Assembly (NCBI RefSeq): GCF_036321535.1
Contig: NC_087436.1
Span: forward strand, 65,722,001-65,786,000
From: Camelus dromedarius
Taxonomy: Eukaryota
Direction: 5' to 3'
DNA length: 64,000 nucleotides
Below are positions 13,346 through 27,230 of the stretch, piece after piece. The translations under genes were made by a program, and so were the position numbers. Within the stretch, counting starts at the first letter, position 1, and each line of letters opens with the position of its first letter. The notes beneath the pieces were generated by a model. The model was not told the origin of the DNA. It saw nothing but the letters and a program-made list of their open reading frames with translations, and ran no database searches.

Positions 13346-13694
13346 TAAATTGGTAGTTCACATTCAGCATCTAAGATATCTTAATATTTTAGCTGTTTCT
13401 GTCTGCTTTTATGGTGACTCTCTTTTCCTTCAATGACCTTAGAAAGGCAAAGGAAATAGTTCATGTCCAGTCTCACCTCATAGGGGATTATCCCACTTGG
13501 ATATTCAGTTGACTGGTTTACTTTGCAAATTCACTACTGATGTACAAAGGAAAGTCATCCTTTCGTGGAGTATGGAGCTTTCTCTCCTTGTTAGTTGAAG
13601 TGACATTCCCTTGTAACTTTCTACATTATAATCAGAGCTGAAATTCTGATAATATTTTGAGACTATTTTTTTGTAATGTATTGCTTAGTTTCAC

Positions 13695-14860
13695 TAAATA
13701 GCATTTTAACAATTTGTGGTATAATATATATTATCCAGTGAAGGTTTTTTGATAACAAAGTTCAGTAAGTTTTAAAAATATACAAAGTTTCACAATCACC
13801 AACATGAACAAAATATAGAACAATTTAATCACCCCCTCAAAATTTGCCTCATTCCCACTTGTAACAAATTCTTCCACTTACTCTCAACTCCTAGCAACTA
13901 TTTATCTGATTTCTGTCTCTAGATTTTTGCATTTTACAAAATGCCCTATCAGTGACATTGTATAGAATGTGGCCTTTTGAGTCTATTTTCACTTACCACA
14001 ATGCTTTGAAAATTCATCCATTATCTTTTCAGGTGCTGCTTAATCATTCAGCTTAACCCATTTGTCTTCCTGTTAATGAAAAATAAGCATTCTTTTATAT
14101 GGTCTGAGATAAGCCCTTAAACAGTATCACTTGAAAATATTTTTTTCTCAGTCTGTGCCTTGTCATCTTACTACTTTATAACATTTTAAAAAATTTTATT
14201 TTTGTATTGTTATCACAAATGCAATTGTTTCCTTACTTTCAAGTTCTAATTGTTTGTTGCTAGTGTATAAAAATATAATTGATATTTGTATATTGAATTT
14301 ACATATTGCAACTCTGCTAAATATGTTCATTATCGTGATTTTTGTATATTCCTTGTGATTTCTTACATACAGGATCACATCTTCTGTGAGAAATCCAGGA
14401 ACACAGACTCACATTGCAGGAAATATAATTTTACTTCTTTCTTTCCAAAGTGTATGCATTTAAATTATTTAGTTGTTCTTGTTCTTGTTGTTGTCTTACT
14501 GTACTACCTAGAATGATACACAGTAAAATTTGAAGAAAAATGGCAAAAGAAAAATCCTTGCTTTGTTCATCATATCTGGAGAAGTCCTTCACTGTTATGC
14601 ATGATGCTAGTAGCAGGTTTGCACAGATGCACTTTATCAAGGGAGGAAAATCCCTTTTATTCCTAGTTCATTCAGTGTTTTTACAGTAAAGAAGTGTATT
14701 ATTTACAAGTGATTGTTCTATAGTTTCAAATCTTTTTATACGATCATGTAGGAGTCTGTTAATTTAGTACTTTATATTAACTATCTTCAGATATTAAACC
14801 TACTGATCACCCCAGGGATCAATCTTAGCTGATTGTAGCATATAATACCATTGTCATAGA
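13695..14860 (-). mobile_element. Old L1 (L1M-type) 3' and ORF2 fragments
   Basis: Reverse-strand L1 3' text ('aaatatagaacaatttaatcacccc', 'atttatctgatttctgtctctagatttttgcatttt'); ORF 14196..14378 'MILYVRNHKEYTK...FSRVAICKFNIQISIIFLYTSNKQLE' matches the RT region following the ADD motif. Confidence 0.85.
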
Positions 14861-14869
14861 TGTCGTTTG

Positions 14870-15065
14870 CTATAAATCATATTGTTGGCATCAAGTAACT
14901 CATTTAGCTCAAGGCCTCAGGTATACAGAGACATTCTTTCAGCCAGGGCATCCCATGGGTTCAGAGGTCATCACTCAAGGGCTGCTCAAAGAACATTCCT
15001 GAAAAACTGTAGAATGTGCAGGGTTTGGGCAACCCAGAACTGCTGAGCTAAACCTTTACTGCACA
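14870..15065. mobile_element. LTR terminal fragment (MER21/MER77-like)
   Basis: 'gaatgtgcagggtttgggcaacccagaactgctgagctaaacctttactgcaca' is recalled as an LTR terminus and ends in CA. Confidence 0.5.
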
Positions 15066-16712
15066 AAGTCCAAGCAGTTCAGTGATGAAGTATTTTTAAA
15101 TGAAAAGAAATTACAACTCATGAGATTTAACTTCTGGGAGGTATTAAGTCAATTTTTATGGAGTCAGTTTCCTGCAAAATGTCAACTGTTATTGCACTGC
15201 GATGCAATAAAAAGCCTACTCATAAATACGTACAGTAAAGGAGAGAATAGTCTATGAATAGTTTGATGACAACTTTAATATTTGACATACATAAACTTTT
15301 TTTGTATTTATCTATGGGAGCAGTTTCTACATTCTTCTAAACAATTTTGAGAATGTGAAGTGTATATTTAATGCATTATCAGAAAGCTTTTATCATTACA
15401 TTATTTTCATCAAAAAAAAGCAGTAGCAAAAAGCAAAATTATATGCCTTCAAATTCACTTGCAATATACTGAATTTATTGGCATATTATAGTCAAGAAAG
15501 GGATCAAATATATGTGTATAAACTGGTAAAAGTATAATCATCCTTATAAATAATTTTAGTGACATTTATAATTTATATTAAACCTAGTCATAATAGTGAT
15601 AATATATTAAAGATGCATAATTTTTCATCACATATTTCTGATCATCTATACATTTGTATCTCTTATAAGAGTAACAGAAACATTGATATTTTTCCTATAT
15701 TAGATAATTACTCAAAAAAGGCTCACATTTACATCATACAATAAATATTTTGTTAAATTTCTCACTTTTACAGTTTGATGAAATTCATTTTTTTGAAAAA
15801 AAATGTTTTCGATTTAATATGTTCGAAGTAATACTCATAATGAAATGACCGTGGCCTACTCAATAGTATAGAATCAAATACTATGACAAAATTATTTCCC
15901 GTATATATTCATATGTTTTAGGCTTTGCTCAAAATAAAATTATATATACTTACCATGTAGCTATCCATGCTACATTCAATAGCTCTGAAGCATAATAATT
16001 TATTTGCAATCTAAATGTCATCTACTTCAAAGTTAGATTTAAGTTGATAATATGTAATTATTTAGTGAATTCTGTTGAAGTACTCATAGTATGTTTTAAA
16101 GATTTCTGAGTGTAAGAAAAAATTCTCCTGTTTTACTATGCCAATTTCCATACGCTTCTTTAAGGCTTATTATTCCCAGGATGAGAAAAAGGGGAAAATA
16201 TCCAAATTTTTAGGTTACTCTTACTCATGGGACACTATATGGACTCTCTCAAATGGATTTGATGGTGGGTATTTTATTAATTTTACTATCTAAACTGCAA
16301 GAAAGTCAAAGGTGCCCAATATGGTCGGAGCACAGAATGTGACATGGTGATGGTGAAGGGGAAAAGGAATAAGGCAGGAGGGACAAGAACTGGTGCATTT
16401 ATGGGAGTCCTTGTAAATTATGTGATCTACTATGCTCTTTTTCCCCTGACAGCATTGACAATTCATAGAATATTATGATTGGCAGGTAATATTATTTAAG
16501 CATTGGTGCAAAGTGCTAACTTACTTCAAATTTTAAGGGAACTTATTTGAGTTTGTTTGATGAAAATAGTGAAAATATAGGAATTGTTAAATACAGATCT
16601 ATAAATAGTAATTGGTAATTGGAACATGATTTAATACTTTTAACTATAGTACCATGGAAAGAAAATCCACTTGATTGGTCACATACAATGTAAGCTCCAT
16701 GAACACTGATAT

Positions 16713-16818
16713 TTCATTTTCTATTGTTAAAATAATTAAACAAGAAGGCCATTAGACTGAGGTGCTTCATTTTCTATTGTTAAAATAATTAAACAAGAAG
16801 GCCATTAGACTGAGGTGC
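16713..16818 (+). repeat. Perfect 2 x 53-bp tandem duplication
   Basis: 16713-16765 is identical to 16766-16818. Confidence 0.97.
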
Positions 16819-17138
16819 CATTAACCTGGCAGCCTTTTTAAGCAAACTAAAAACCAAACCAGGGCAAATTCCTATGAACGCCTCAAATTTAAGAAATTGA
16901 AACCTAAGACTAATCAATTCCAAACAGCCAACTAGCCTTTCCCAAATTAGGCAACTACTTAAGTTACGGCCAATCAAATGAGTCCCTTGCTTTGCTTCTG
17001 TGTCTGCTCTGTAAGTCTTTCCCCAAGATCCTGTCAGTTGAGTACTCCAAGTCATTTTGGTTTAACACTGCCAGATTCAAGTTGATGTTCTCTCAAATAA
17101 TTTTTTCAAAATTTTAATGTACAGTTTATCTTTTAACA
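16725..17138 (+). mobile_element. ERV1-class solo LTR with 4-bp TSD
   Basis: Termini TGTTAAAA...TTTTAACA (8-bp inverted), TSD CTAT at 16721-16724 and 17139-17142, CCAAT-type boxes; 5' junction is tandemly duplicated, giving a second start at 16778. Confidence 0.88.
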
Positions 17139-17797
17139 CTATTTTCTTCATTTCTGATCTCTAATATCTAGATCCATAGCATGGGACACATAGGTGCCCA
17201 GTGAAATTTTGAATTAGTTAATGAAAAAGTTATGTTCAAACTTGCATGTTACTTACTGTAACATCCAAGATTTTCATTTTAAGTCCTTCTATAATATGAG
17301 CATTATATTGGGTTTTCAAAAAGATAGTTCTTATTTGTTTTTTCATCAATTATTATTGCTGATTCAGTAAAGGTAACATTTGTAGAAATTTTAAGTGATT
17401 AGAAAGAACTGAATATTTTGCTCTGACCAAGAATGAGACTCACATTTATGTTCCCTAACTTTTATTTCAGACCCTGAACAAATTATGTTACTGTATACAA
17501 AATGTTATTTGCTTAATTTTTTCTATAAAAATACCTAAAATATGACTATTTAATAATAGGATAGTAATAGAAATTATATTTAAGGATATTAAAGTCCCAG
17601 GATTAATACAGACTATGTTTTTTATACAATTTGGCTATTTGAATTGGTATGATCATCAAAATTTATTGTGTCTTTGACAATAAAATTTTTCTCATTTGCT
17701 CTCATTGGCAGTTTTTCTTCAGAATCAAATATTGTGGTCATGTCTATGTAAAACTCACAGTGACAGTTAACTTTCAATTTCCCAGGTATCTTAACTG

Positions 17798-17933
17798 AAG
17801 ATACCATGTGCCAGTTTATCTAGGGTAGTCCAGGCTTATGCCTGTCATGCAAGATTAGCAATTAGTATTGCCCCACTTTCATTTTCAAATCTTTCAGTTT
17901 CAGTTAAACTCTATAAAACATATTGTCACCTTA
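17798..17933 (+). mobile_element. hAT MITE (MER81-like)
   Basis: 'accatgtgccagtttatctagggtagtccaggcttatgcctgt...gccccactttcattttcaaa...tattgtcacctta' follows the MER81 layout. Confidence 0.65.
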
Positions 17934-19769
17934 TCTTGAATATAACACAAATATGTTTCCTGACATGGTGTAATTCTAAGAGAAAGAGATACATACACAC
18001 ACAGGCACATATATACACACACAATGTATACATGAGGAAATTAATTTAAAATGGAGTAAGTCTGCAAACGAAGTAAATGCTTTACTATGATTACTGAATC
18101 AAATCATACTACATCACTGAGTTGTAAGTTAAAAGATTGAGAAAATATTCATTATTGTGGGCCAATCAGGGTAATTCTAGACAGTAATTTGCTAAAATTA
18201 TTGAATTGATTGAATTAGATAAAAAAATAAGATATATGATGGTGAGTCCAATATTCCGTCCACAGTCTCAGTGAAGAATCTAAATTCCACTGCAATGCAG
18301 ATATTGAAGAGTCAATATAACATTTTAATTTTATGTTTCTTCATTTATAAATGAGTTCTTGAACCACATGATTCCTAGGTAACTTTAAGTACCTTCTAAT
18401 AAGAAAAAGACACACGTATACAGGGAGTTATAGTATGTGCAGTTCATTCTCTTTAATTATTTAGTAAGCTGTTTCTTCAATTCTTTCTCTGTATCTTACT
18501 TATTGGCCTTATTTATTACATTGTTTAAACAAAATCTAAAAGATGATCATTAATATTATTATATGCTTCATCGGACAATTCTTTAAAACTGTGTGATAGT
18601 ATGCCTGTGTATTATGTATGTTTTTGTATCCCCAACTTGATTATAAGCTTTTGGAATTTAAGGCAACATGTGTTATTCATGTTTCTATCCCCTGGTATTT
18701 AAAAGCACATACATTATTTATCAAGAATTCAAAATTTTCTATCATCCTAGTAGCTGTATTTACAGAAAAACAAGTATTTGACAAGGTAAACTACATGAAC
18801 TTTTTTTTTTCTTTAAAGATTCTCTTTGTTCTTTGTGAATTAATTATTTAGGATTTTTCTAGTATCCTTATTTACTTTATTTGCAGGTGTTTCTCACACT
18901 TTTCATGCTTATTTTTTCATTTTCTGTAAAAAACAAAAACAATCTGTATGAAGAACCCTACTATTTTGTGTTTAAGGAAAACTGTCTTATTTTGGATCTA
19001 TTAAAATTCAATCACACACAAATATTTTAACACATCATGTTTTTATTTGTGGTGTGAATATTTAAAAACCTGCTACAAAGTAACATCTAACATTTACAAG
19101 TTGACTGTTATAGATTTAAGCTCTTTCATCTGTTAGATTTTTTATTCTTGTTAATCCTTGCAGAGCTAAAGCAAAATTAATAGGTTTATAACTGAGCCAA
19201 ATACATAGAATCTAATGAACCATATTTTATAATCAATAGGTTCATAAAAGTAAGTAATTCACCCAAATTCATATATTATATGAAAGAAATGGTTTACGGT
19301 TAATCAATCGAGTTCAAAATGAATTCTTTTACATGCATATTCTGATTACCTAGTAAGATTTAGTATTGCTTCTTGGTTATTTCTCATCCTAATGTAAAAT
19401 ATTATTAGTTACGCTCAAAGTCATTCACATTTCCCCACTGAATTGGGAAGAAGCTGGGGAAAAAGAAAAGAAAAGAAAAACTAAATGGGATATTAAAAAA
19501 ATCTTAAAATTGGTGAGAGAAGTAGTTGTTATTGAACTAAAAAAGTTCATACAAGGGGAAGAAAAGTTACTAGCCTTTTTTAGCCTGTGACACAATGACT
19601 GAGGATGAGTAAAGATGACTTAATAAAGCTGGTGTGTTCCATATGCTAGCACATTCTGAGTCCCTCAAAGTCAGGGGCAGGGCATTCATTTATTATGATG
19701 ATTACATTATGTGTAGCTTCAATATCTAATATAGTTCCTGATACTCATAAGCTATTTGTTATTGAATGA

Positions 19770-19960
19770 TCATCTTATTTAATTCCAAAAACAATCTTGT
19801 GAAATTGTAGTTGCTATTTCTATATTAAAGATGAGGAAACTGGGCCTTAAAGAAAAAACTAACTTGTGTGATGTCCAAAACTGAAAAAAATAAAGAGCCA
19901 GACTATTTGGCTTTAAAACATTGCACTTCTTTTGCTGTTCCTTTCACTACACTGCACTCC
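19770..19960 (-). mobile_element. MIR, preceded by an L2 3' fragment at ~19655-19770
   Basis: 'aacaatcttgtgaaattgtagttgctatttctatattaaagatgaggaaactgggccttaaaga...aacttg'. Confidence 0.7.
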
Positions 19961-22900
19961 TTCTTTGAGGCAGAAGGCCTGGTGTGGTACAGAATTAAAA
20001 CTCACTAGAGTTCTTCCAGCGCTTCCTGTATGTGTGATTGGACCCATCTGAAGGGGCAAGAGGTTGTTCATGAGGATGTTTCTCAAGGAACAGTCATCAA
20101 TAAGTGTAGATGTTTCAGGTCAGCTCTTTTTAAGCTATCCCGAAGAGGAGCTAACCGTGGAAAAACTTTTCCCTTTAACCAAGATATGTCTTAGTTATAA
20201 TGCAAAGGTTTTTCTCATGCATTAGGATGATCTGAGGTTACCTATAAAAATTCAGATTACTCTAGTGCTATGAGGGAAAATTAATTTTTCTAGGGATGTT
20301 TGAGCAACTCCATCTATCACACCTTCATAGTAGATAGTTGCCCAGAGCAACCTATTACTTTCCCTTAAAAGGGCTCTGAAGTCAACAGTTTGTCCATTTG
20401 TTTTAAAAGTCATTCTGTATTTATGTGCTTGTGCTTAAACATTGCCATTTAGTCCAGTTTTAGATCAATTATTTGCAATTTACTTCTTGACTCTACTGCT
20501 CTGACAGCAATTTCTACTATTTACCTAACTCTTCAGGGAATTAGATTAAATATAAATGAGGTATTTTAACCTCAATTTTCATACTTTATAATAAAATATA
20601 AATTAATTTGTAATCTATTGTAATATTTAAGTAATAGTTACTGGTAATCTAGAAGATGAGGAAATACAGATATTTATAATGGCAAAATAATAATAATCTA
20701 TAACCCCATCAACCATAGATATGCCCTTGGTAACATTTTGGCATAATACTTCATAATATTCCCTTGACAGACAGGCGATAGATTTATTTACATGTATGTG
20801 TACACGTTTTACTATTCAGATTTTTTTTTAATTTTTAGTTTGGGTACTACTGTTTTTGCATATTTCTGCATTTATGTTTTTTTTCCTTAAGAGCAATGCC
20901 AGGACAAGAACTTTTTTACATTTATTTTAAAAGCTTGAATTCTAAAATCATGACCTGAACTCAGAGGACCTGATCTACTGCAGAGTATGAGCATATGAAT
21001 GGTCAATTCAAAACCTATTTATCGACATTTATATAAATTTTAACTTGTTACAATTTGGTAATTTAGTGAAATTTAGCATTTTATTTTAACTTTGAATCAT
21101 ATCTCTGAATAACTGTTTTGAAGGGTATAGCTTCTTCATCAAACTTTCCTGCTAATTACTTGGCTTCTTTATTACTGAAACTATTTCTATTCTTATTCAG
21201 TCAGTTTTTCATTATTTTTCCACTGATAATATTATTCCATGATTTTTTATTCTAACACAAATGTGAAAAATAAAACACTCTTAAGAAATATAGTTACAAC
21301 TATAAAAACAGAACCTTAAGTTTCAGTTTTATAACATAGGGATATTTAGAAATATCAAATAGATGTTTAGAATTTCAATACTCAAAAAAACCTTCTGGAC
21401 AGAAAAGGCAGCAACATTGAGAGTCCTATGTAAAACTGACATTTCATGAACAATATTTTTGAATGCAAAGCGCCAGGGAAATTTGGCTAAAAAAGATACT
21501 GTAATTATTCAAAAATATATGAAATAGAAAATGAGAAATGGAAAAATAAAAATTGTATCCTCAGTATATTTTAATTCAGTGAATAAACTTTATTATTTTT
21601 CATTTTATCTTTTGTCTCAGAGAGAACTAAAGAATCAAGAAAATGTAGATGGAAGAAATTATTTAGAATATTCTTGAACTCAAGTGAAACATGCAGTGGT
21701 CTGTTCATGGTTCTGATCTGCTTAAATTTTGATCATAAAATATTGAAACAACTTTTAAAAGTACAATTTGATTCTTAAAGAATGTCACGTTAAGAGAGAA
21801 AATAAACATGAAATTATGACATTTTATTAAAGTATATACTTTACTTCGTGTTTCCTTCCTGAAATTAGCTCTTTCTTTAAAAGAACTTCTTGTTTAATTC
21901 AGTGATAAAGGGACAATGGCTCAGTTACTGAAGAGTACCTGGTCATTTTCTATTGGTTCTCATTAGGGACTAAGCACCTATACAGCAAAGAATTCAATAT
22001 TCTCCTTATCTGTCAGTGCAACATTATATAGTAACTTTGTTCCCTTTTGAATTAATTGTCATGTGCCTAACCTTGGTTTCCACTTACTAGGTTTTATCAG
22101 ATTCTTTTCCATTTAGTACCCCTGAAAGTAAATTTGAAAATACCTTTATATTTTTAATCCAACACCTCAGTGTATAAACACACAATCATTTACAATACAG
22201 TTTCTAAATTATTCTCTAAGTTGTATGATGCCATCTATTTTTGGAGGAATAGTTGAGATTCAACAATGTTTCAAAGATACAGTGTATTTAACTAAGAACC
22301 TTATATCTCTAGTCTTAAACAATTTGAAGAATTTAGTCCAAATCAAATAATTATGAAAATATGTTTCCTCCATTGTCTTTTAATACGTGAATTTAATTTT
22401 TGTTGGGTGAGCCATAATCACAAATTACATGTACATAATATACATATTATATATACATACAGCTACTGTAACTCCTGCAAAAAGGTGTATTCTACTTTAA
22501 ATAATCTAGAAGTATATTGTATATTTAATATATCTATCATAATTAATATTTAACATTTTCTTGGAGTATTTGAAGTAGAATACAAACACATTTTTGTTGT
22601 AGTTTCCCAAGTAACTATTAAATCCTGATTTAAACACCTACAACCTACATTATTTCTTCTTTAAAAAATCTACATTTAAAAAATCACACCAGGACTTACT
22701 ACAGTTTTTGTTATTTTATAATTGTTCTTCTGCTTTACAGTTAAGAAGCATATTTCTTCTAGAAATAAAGTATTTGCATTTCATTACCTTTTCACATAAT
22801 TTATTAATATTAGAATGATAAAAAGGACATCAAACCACATCTGATAAATAACCCTATTACATCTGTTTTGGTAAAAGTAGAATACAAAAACAATTTCTAA

Positions 22901-23319
22901 GTAAGTAGTTGAATCATGCCTCTATTTTGCTTTAAGACTGTACTTATAAAAATGTGTTTTGTGGAACCGCTCTCTGAAAATGCTGTAAGAGGATGAGAGA
23001 GAGAGACTAGGACAGGTAAAGAAGGAGGGATACAGGGAATGAGTTTTCAAATCCACAATAGGCTTTTGAATTTTAATGGCTCTAAATAATATAAAACAAC
23101 TGTAGTATTCTACAATATCCCTCTGGTGTAGATTATTATAGTTGTTTTATATTGTTTAGCCATATTATTCCAAATTTATTTGGCTGTTGAGCTGAGCCAG
23201 AACAAAAAGGGATAAAACAATTTAAAGACTGACCAAGAATATTGACTTGGTTTAGACTTAGAGTTGTTTTCACTTCTGTTCATCCAAAGCCAGGAATAGT
23301 CATGAAAAACCTGATTTAC

Positions 23320-23880
23320 GAGGGAAACTGAAATGGGAAGGCTGCTAACTGAGATATTTAACATTGATTTTGAGACTGGGTGGTGGATGATGAAGAGACT
23401 GGTATGGAAGCTAGACAGTGGTGACTCACTATATGGAGTGGGGGAAACATTAACTCAACTATCTTCTGCAGTAATATAGGAAGCAGAAAATGTGCTTAAA
23501 TGATTTGTGAGTTTGGGTGAAATGATTTCAAAGCAAATGTTAATTGATGAAATTTATTGTTTCTAGAAAAAAAGAGGAGCACACAAAAGAACTGGTTAGA
23601 TTGCAAGAAAATTAAGAAAAAATATAGATAACCCAGAAATTCCAGGATAAGTAAATTTGGAAAATGAAATGTTTTGTCAACGATCCACAGATGTAGTCAA
23701 TCAGACCCAGCTTTAGGCCAAAGATAAATCAATAGTTTAAGATTTAAGAAAGAATTGGGTGACTACCATTAATTTCTTTCAGCTGTAGGAAATGCACCCA
23801 GAAAAGAGGTGTGGTTACATGGCTACCTGATAAGATCCAGGTGCCTGTAATGAAGTCAAACTAGAGGGGCATGGGTAGTA
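23320..23880 (+). mobile_element. MaLR internal sequence (MLT1-int) fragment
   Basis: 'ggaagctagacagtggtgactcactatatggagtgggggaaacattaactcaactatcttctgcagtaatataggaagcagaaaatgtgc' resembles MaLR internal sequence. Confidence 0.6.
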
Positions 23881-24984
23881 ATCTTCCATCATAAATTTGA
23901 AAATTAAAAAAAAAAAAACCACTGTATTGTACACAGTATTATTGAGTAGTAGGTGGATGTCAATCTAACTGTTCCTTTGTAGGTTGTCTTATATTCTGAT
24001 GCACTTCAGTCATTTCTCTCCTAAGACAAACTGAAAGTTCATTAACAGATTCAGATGTGAAACTTCTTTTATTGTTATATTCTCCCTCCCCACTTTTTTT
24101 GAAAATCATGCTTTGCACTTCTCTCTTTTTAACTGAGGAAACTCTATTTCCTCAGTTGAAAATATTCAGCCTTTATTTTTTCAAGTGTTTTTTGCTTTGT
24201 TCCCTTTTTCCCCTACTATGTTTTCCTTGATACTCCAATTAGAAAGGATTTGGGAAATTCTGGATCCATATTCAATGTAAATTTTCTTTCTTTCTTTCCA
24301 TCTCCTTGCTTATTCTATGTTCTCTGAGAATTCTTTAACTGGACCTTCCATCTCACAAATATTGCCTCAGCTCTGCGCAGACTATTATTAGACTTTGTTG
24401 TATCTATTTTATTTTAATAACTATATTTGATTTCATTTTCCAAGGCTTTATTTTGTAATATAAATGTGTGAAAACTTTCTTTATAATAAATCACATGTGA
24501 GCAATAAAATAAGGATTTAAAACTTGAGAAAATCATTTAACATATTAATGCTTTATTTTATTTTGCACACATTGATTCATAAATCATTGGCAACTTTAAT
24601 TCTAAGCTAATAATTTGATATTAATAATATTTGCTTCTGATAATTTTAATGACTAACACATTTAAATAGGTCATTTATCTTAATGTTTTATTCAAATAAA
24701 TAGCAATTACGTTTTTCTATTTTGGCAGATTTCAACAATTTAAATATCAGATTCATGTTAACTGTTAAACCCGACTGGACTTTTAGATCATTTCTTTCTA
24801 TGACATTGACTATTATTTATAGTAAAATGAAAACACCACCACCACACACACAGACACACATACACACATATAGCCACAAACACTTTAAGGGATTCAGGAA
24901 ACTATTGGTCAAGACTTGGCAGAACTCATGGCTCTCAATTTCCATAATGCTGAAATGGGACAGTAAATAATGGAGTTTTGTTAT

Positions 24985-25100
24985 AGACAGCATCTAGGAA
25001 TGTGTTAGAAATGGGTAATTTTAGGCCTTACCTCATATTTAGTGATTCAGAATCTTTTAAATGTGAATCATATGTTCAAAAAGTTTGAGATGCCTGGTGC
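24985..25100. mobile_element. MER5-like hAT-Charlie MITE fragment
   Basis: 'cagcatctaggaatgtgttagaaatg...aggccttacctca...gattcagaatc...aagtttgagatgcctgg'. Confidence 0.55.
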
Positions 25101-25189
25101 TACAGAACTTCTACAAGATTTTTCACCTTTGATCAAAGTGATCCTCAGATGGAGACATGTGGTATATAGCTTTATTTCTTTTTTGGAAA

Positions 25190-25725
25190 TATGTCAGTTT
25201 TCTAATGTTGCATAGCAAACTACACCAAAATTCAATAACTTAAAACATTTATCATCTATAAGTTTATATAGATGAATGTATTTATATAAACCAATGTATA
25301 TTTGTATAGATTTTATCATTTATAGAGCAAAAATTCATAACGATATATTTGATAACTATTATCTCATGAACCTGCAGGTCACCTGGGCTGGGCTGGTCAG
25401 CCCGGCCTCGGTCAGTGCAGGTTGACTGGACTTGGCTGCTTTGTGATGGCCTTTTTATGTGGCAAGGATGACTAGGGCTTTCTCCACAGAGCGTCTAGGC
25501 ACCAGCATACTACCCAGGCTTCCTCACGTCATGATATTTACAGTGTTCCCAAGTGCAGCAGGAGATCACAAGCCTCAGTGTGCAAAAGCTATTTAAGTCC
25601 CTACTTGAATCATGTATACTCATTCCATTTGTCCGGCTCAGATTCAGTGTGGGAGAGGATACACAGAAGTATGGATGCAGGGAGGCATGAAATAATTGTG
25701 AACCGATCCTATAGTGATCTACCAC
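25190..25725 (-). mobile_element. MaLR (MLT1) LTR
   Basis: Begins 'gtcagttttctaatgttgcatagcaaactacaccaaaattcaataacttaaaaca' and ends 'tgatctaccaca', the reverse MLT1 termini. Confidence 0.75.
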
Positions 25726-26029
25726 AATAATATTAAGATATAGAAATAGAATTCAAATAAGTAAATAGTGGGAAGCAAATATCTTGTAACCAATCCTTCC
25801 TTGTAAACTCTGAAAAATATCTCTCTGTTGCTTAGAAAATTAAGGGAAAGCTAAGTTACCTCATTACATTCACAACACCTGAAGCTGCTGTTTCTCACCT
25901 TTACGCTGTGGGATGCATGGATGACATGGTCCTAAGGGTAGAATCCAGTACAAGTGTAAGTGTAGATGTTGTCTTTCCCATTACCTTCACACCTATTTAC
26001 AGACTGTCAGCAGCAACCTGACCTGCTCT

Positions 26030-26720
26030 CTGAATAGAGATTCAGTCATTCACACAGAGTCCTATCACAGGCCAGCTGTGCTTCCTTACAGCTGCTTGTT
26101 ATCAACTGCCATGTGTGAAAAAGTTATGAAAATGATGAACATCATGGCTTTTTATTTCATAAGTTAACCACATAGCTGGTGGTCAATGTAGCCTGTGTCA
26201 GAGTAAGAAAGAATGTGATAAAACACACAAATTCAAAATCTATAAGCACAAAATGATCCATTGTTACTTACAAATGGGCAAATTCTATTTTACTCTGGTT
26301 GCTATTTAATCCACTAAAGGCTTAAAACACACACACACACACCCATATACACATAAACCCATACACACACAAGGCTTTGTTGTTCTCTGATGGCCATATC
26401 AGCAGCCACACCAATGGGAAACAAGAGGATAATGTAGAAAAACACAAATCCATTTAGTTCCAGCTCTAAGGTGCATCGTATGGTTCCCCGAGGCCCACCG
26501 GGTTGTAATTATGAGCTGGCACAATGCCTGCCCGTGCCATCTGCTGTTTACTAAGGCTGCTGCCTTGTCTATCGCAGAGTATCCCATAAGCGAACTCGAC
26601 TCTGCACTGTCTCCTCTGCACACAGAAGACTTCCCAGCCTAGGAACAGGTCAAGGAGACACCCCCTAACATTCTGCTGAAAGCCACCTGCTGTAGAGGCA
26701 GCTGAGACACATAATCAACA
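26030..26720. promoter_or_regulatory. Candidate enhancer/CTCF-like non-coding element
   Basis: Non-repeat-looking, GC-richer block; 7 CpGs within ~26476-26600; E-boxes and CTCF-like cores GCCATCTGCTG and GCCACCTGCTG; forkhead TGTTTAC. Motif evidence only. Confidence 0.3.
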
Positions 26721-27195
26721 GAACAAAAAAGAAGATAATGACTAGTTTCGTGTTCCTCGTGTATTTCAAGGTCTTTTATGACATGTGAGGGCATAGTAGT
26801 CATTTTGTCATACTGCTGGTCTTTCCCTCTCTCTCTCTTTAAATGAAGTCATTAAGATTTGGATCAGCAGTTGTCAAGCTCTTTATCTTTCTCCATTAAA
26901 AAAGAATAAAACTACATTTGGTAAGATTTTATAAGGTTATTTAATAATACAACTAAACATACTGAAACAAGACTGAAGAAGAAAAACATCTTAATTTTAT
27001 ATAATTCTCTGTGCTTTTTTTCTGTAGTCTTTCTAAACTGCATTAATAGATCTCTAAAATAGAAAATTTCCTTTATTCAATTTTTGACCTTTGTGTATGT
27101 GAGTCTGTACATATGTGTTTTTACTTTACCTTAACCTAGTGGGATTAAAAGACATATAATTTTGCTTTTATTACATTATAATCTACTGTGTGTTG

Positions 27196-27197
<2 letters not shown>

Positions 27198-27229
<32 letters not shown>
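27198..27229. repeat. (TG)n microsatellite
   Basis: Directly visible. Confidence 0.97.

Positions 27230-27230
<1 letters not shown>

Larger units (their letters stand above)
16686..17225 (+). mobile_element. L2 3' end split by an LTR insertion
   Basis: 'aatgtaagctccatgaacac...' resumes after the LTR as '...catgggacacataggtgcccagtgaaatttttgaattagttaatgaa'. Confidence 0.6.

Noticed and set aside
26399..26660. Possible minus-strand exon (acceptor-like CCTGTTCCTAG followed by an open frame)
   Set aside because: Peptide unrecognisable, with no partner exons or donor support; kept only as a candidate regulatory block
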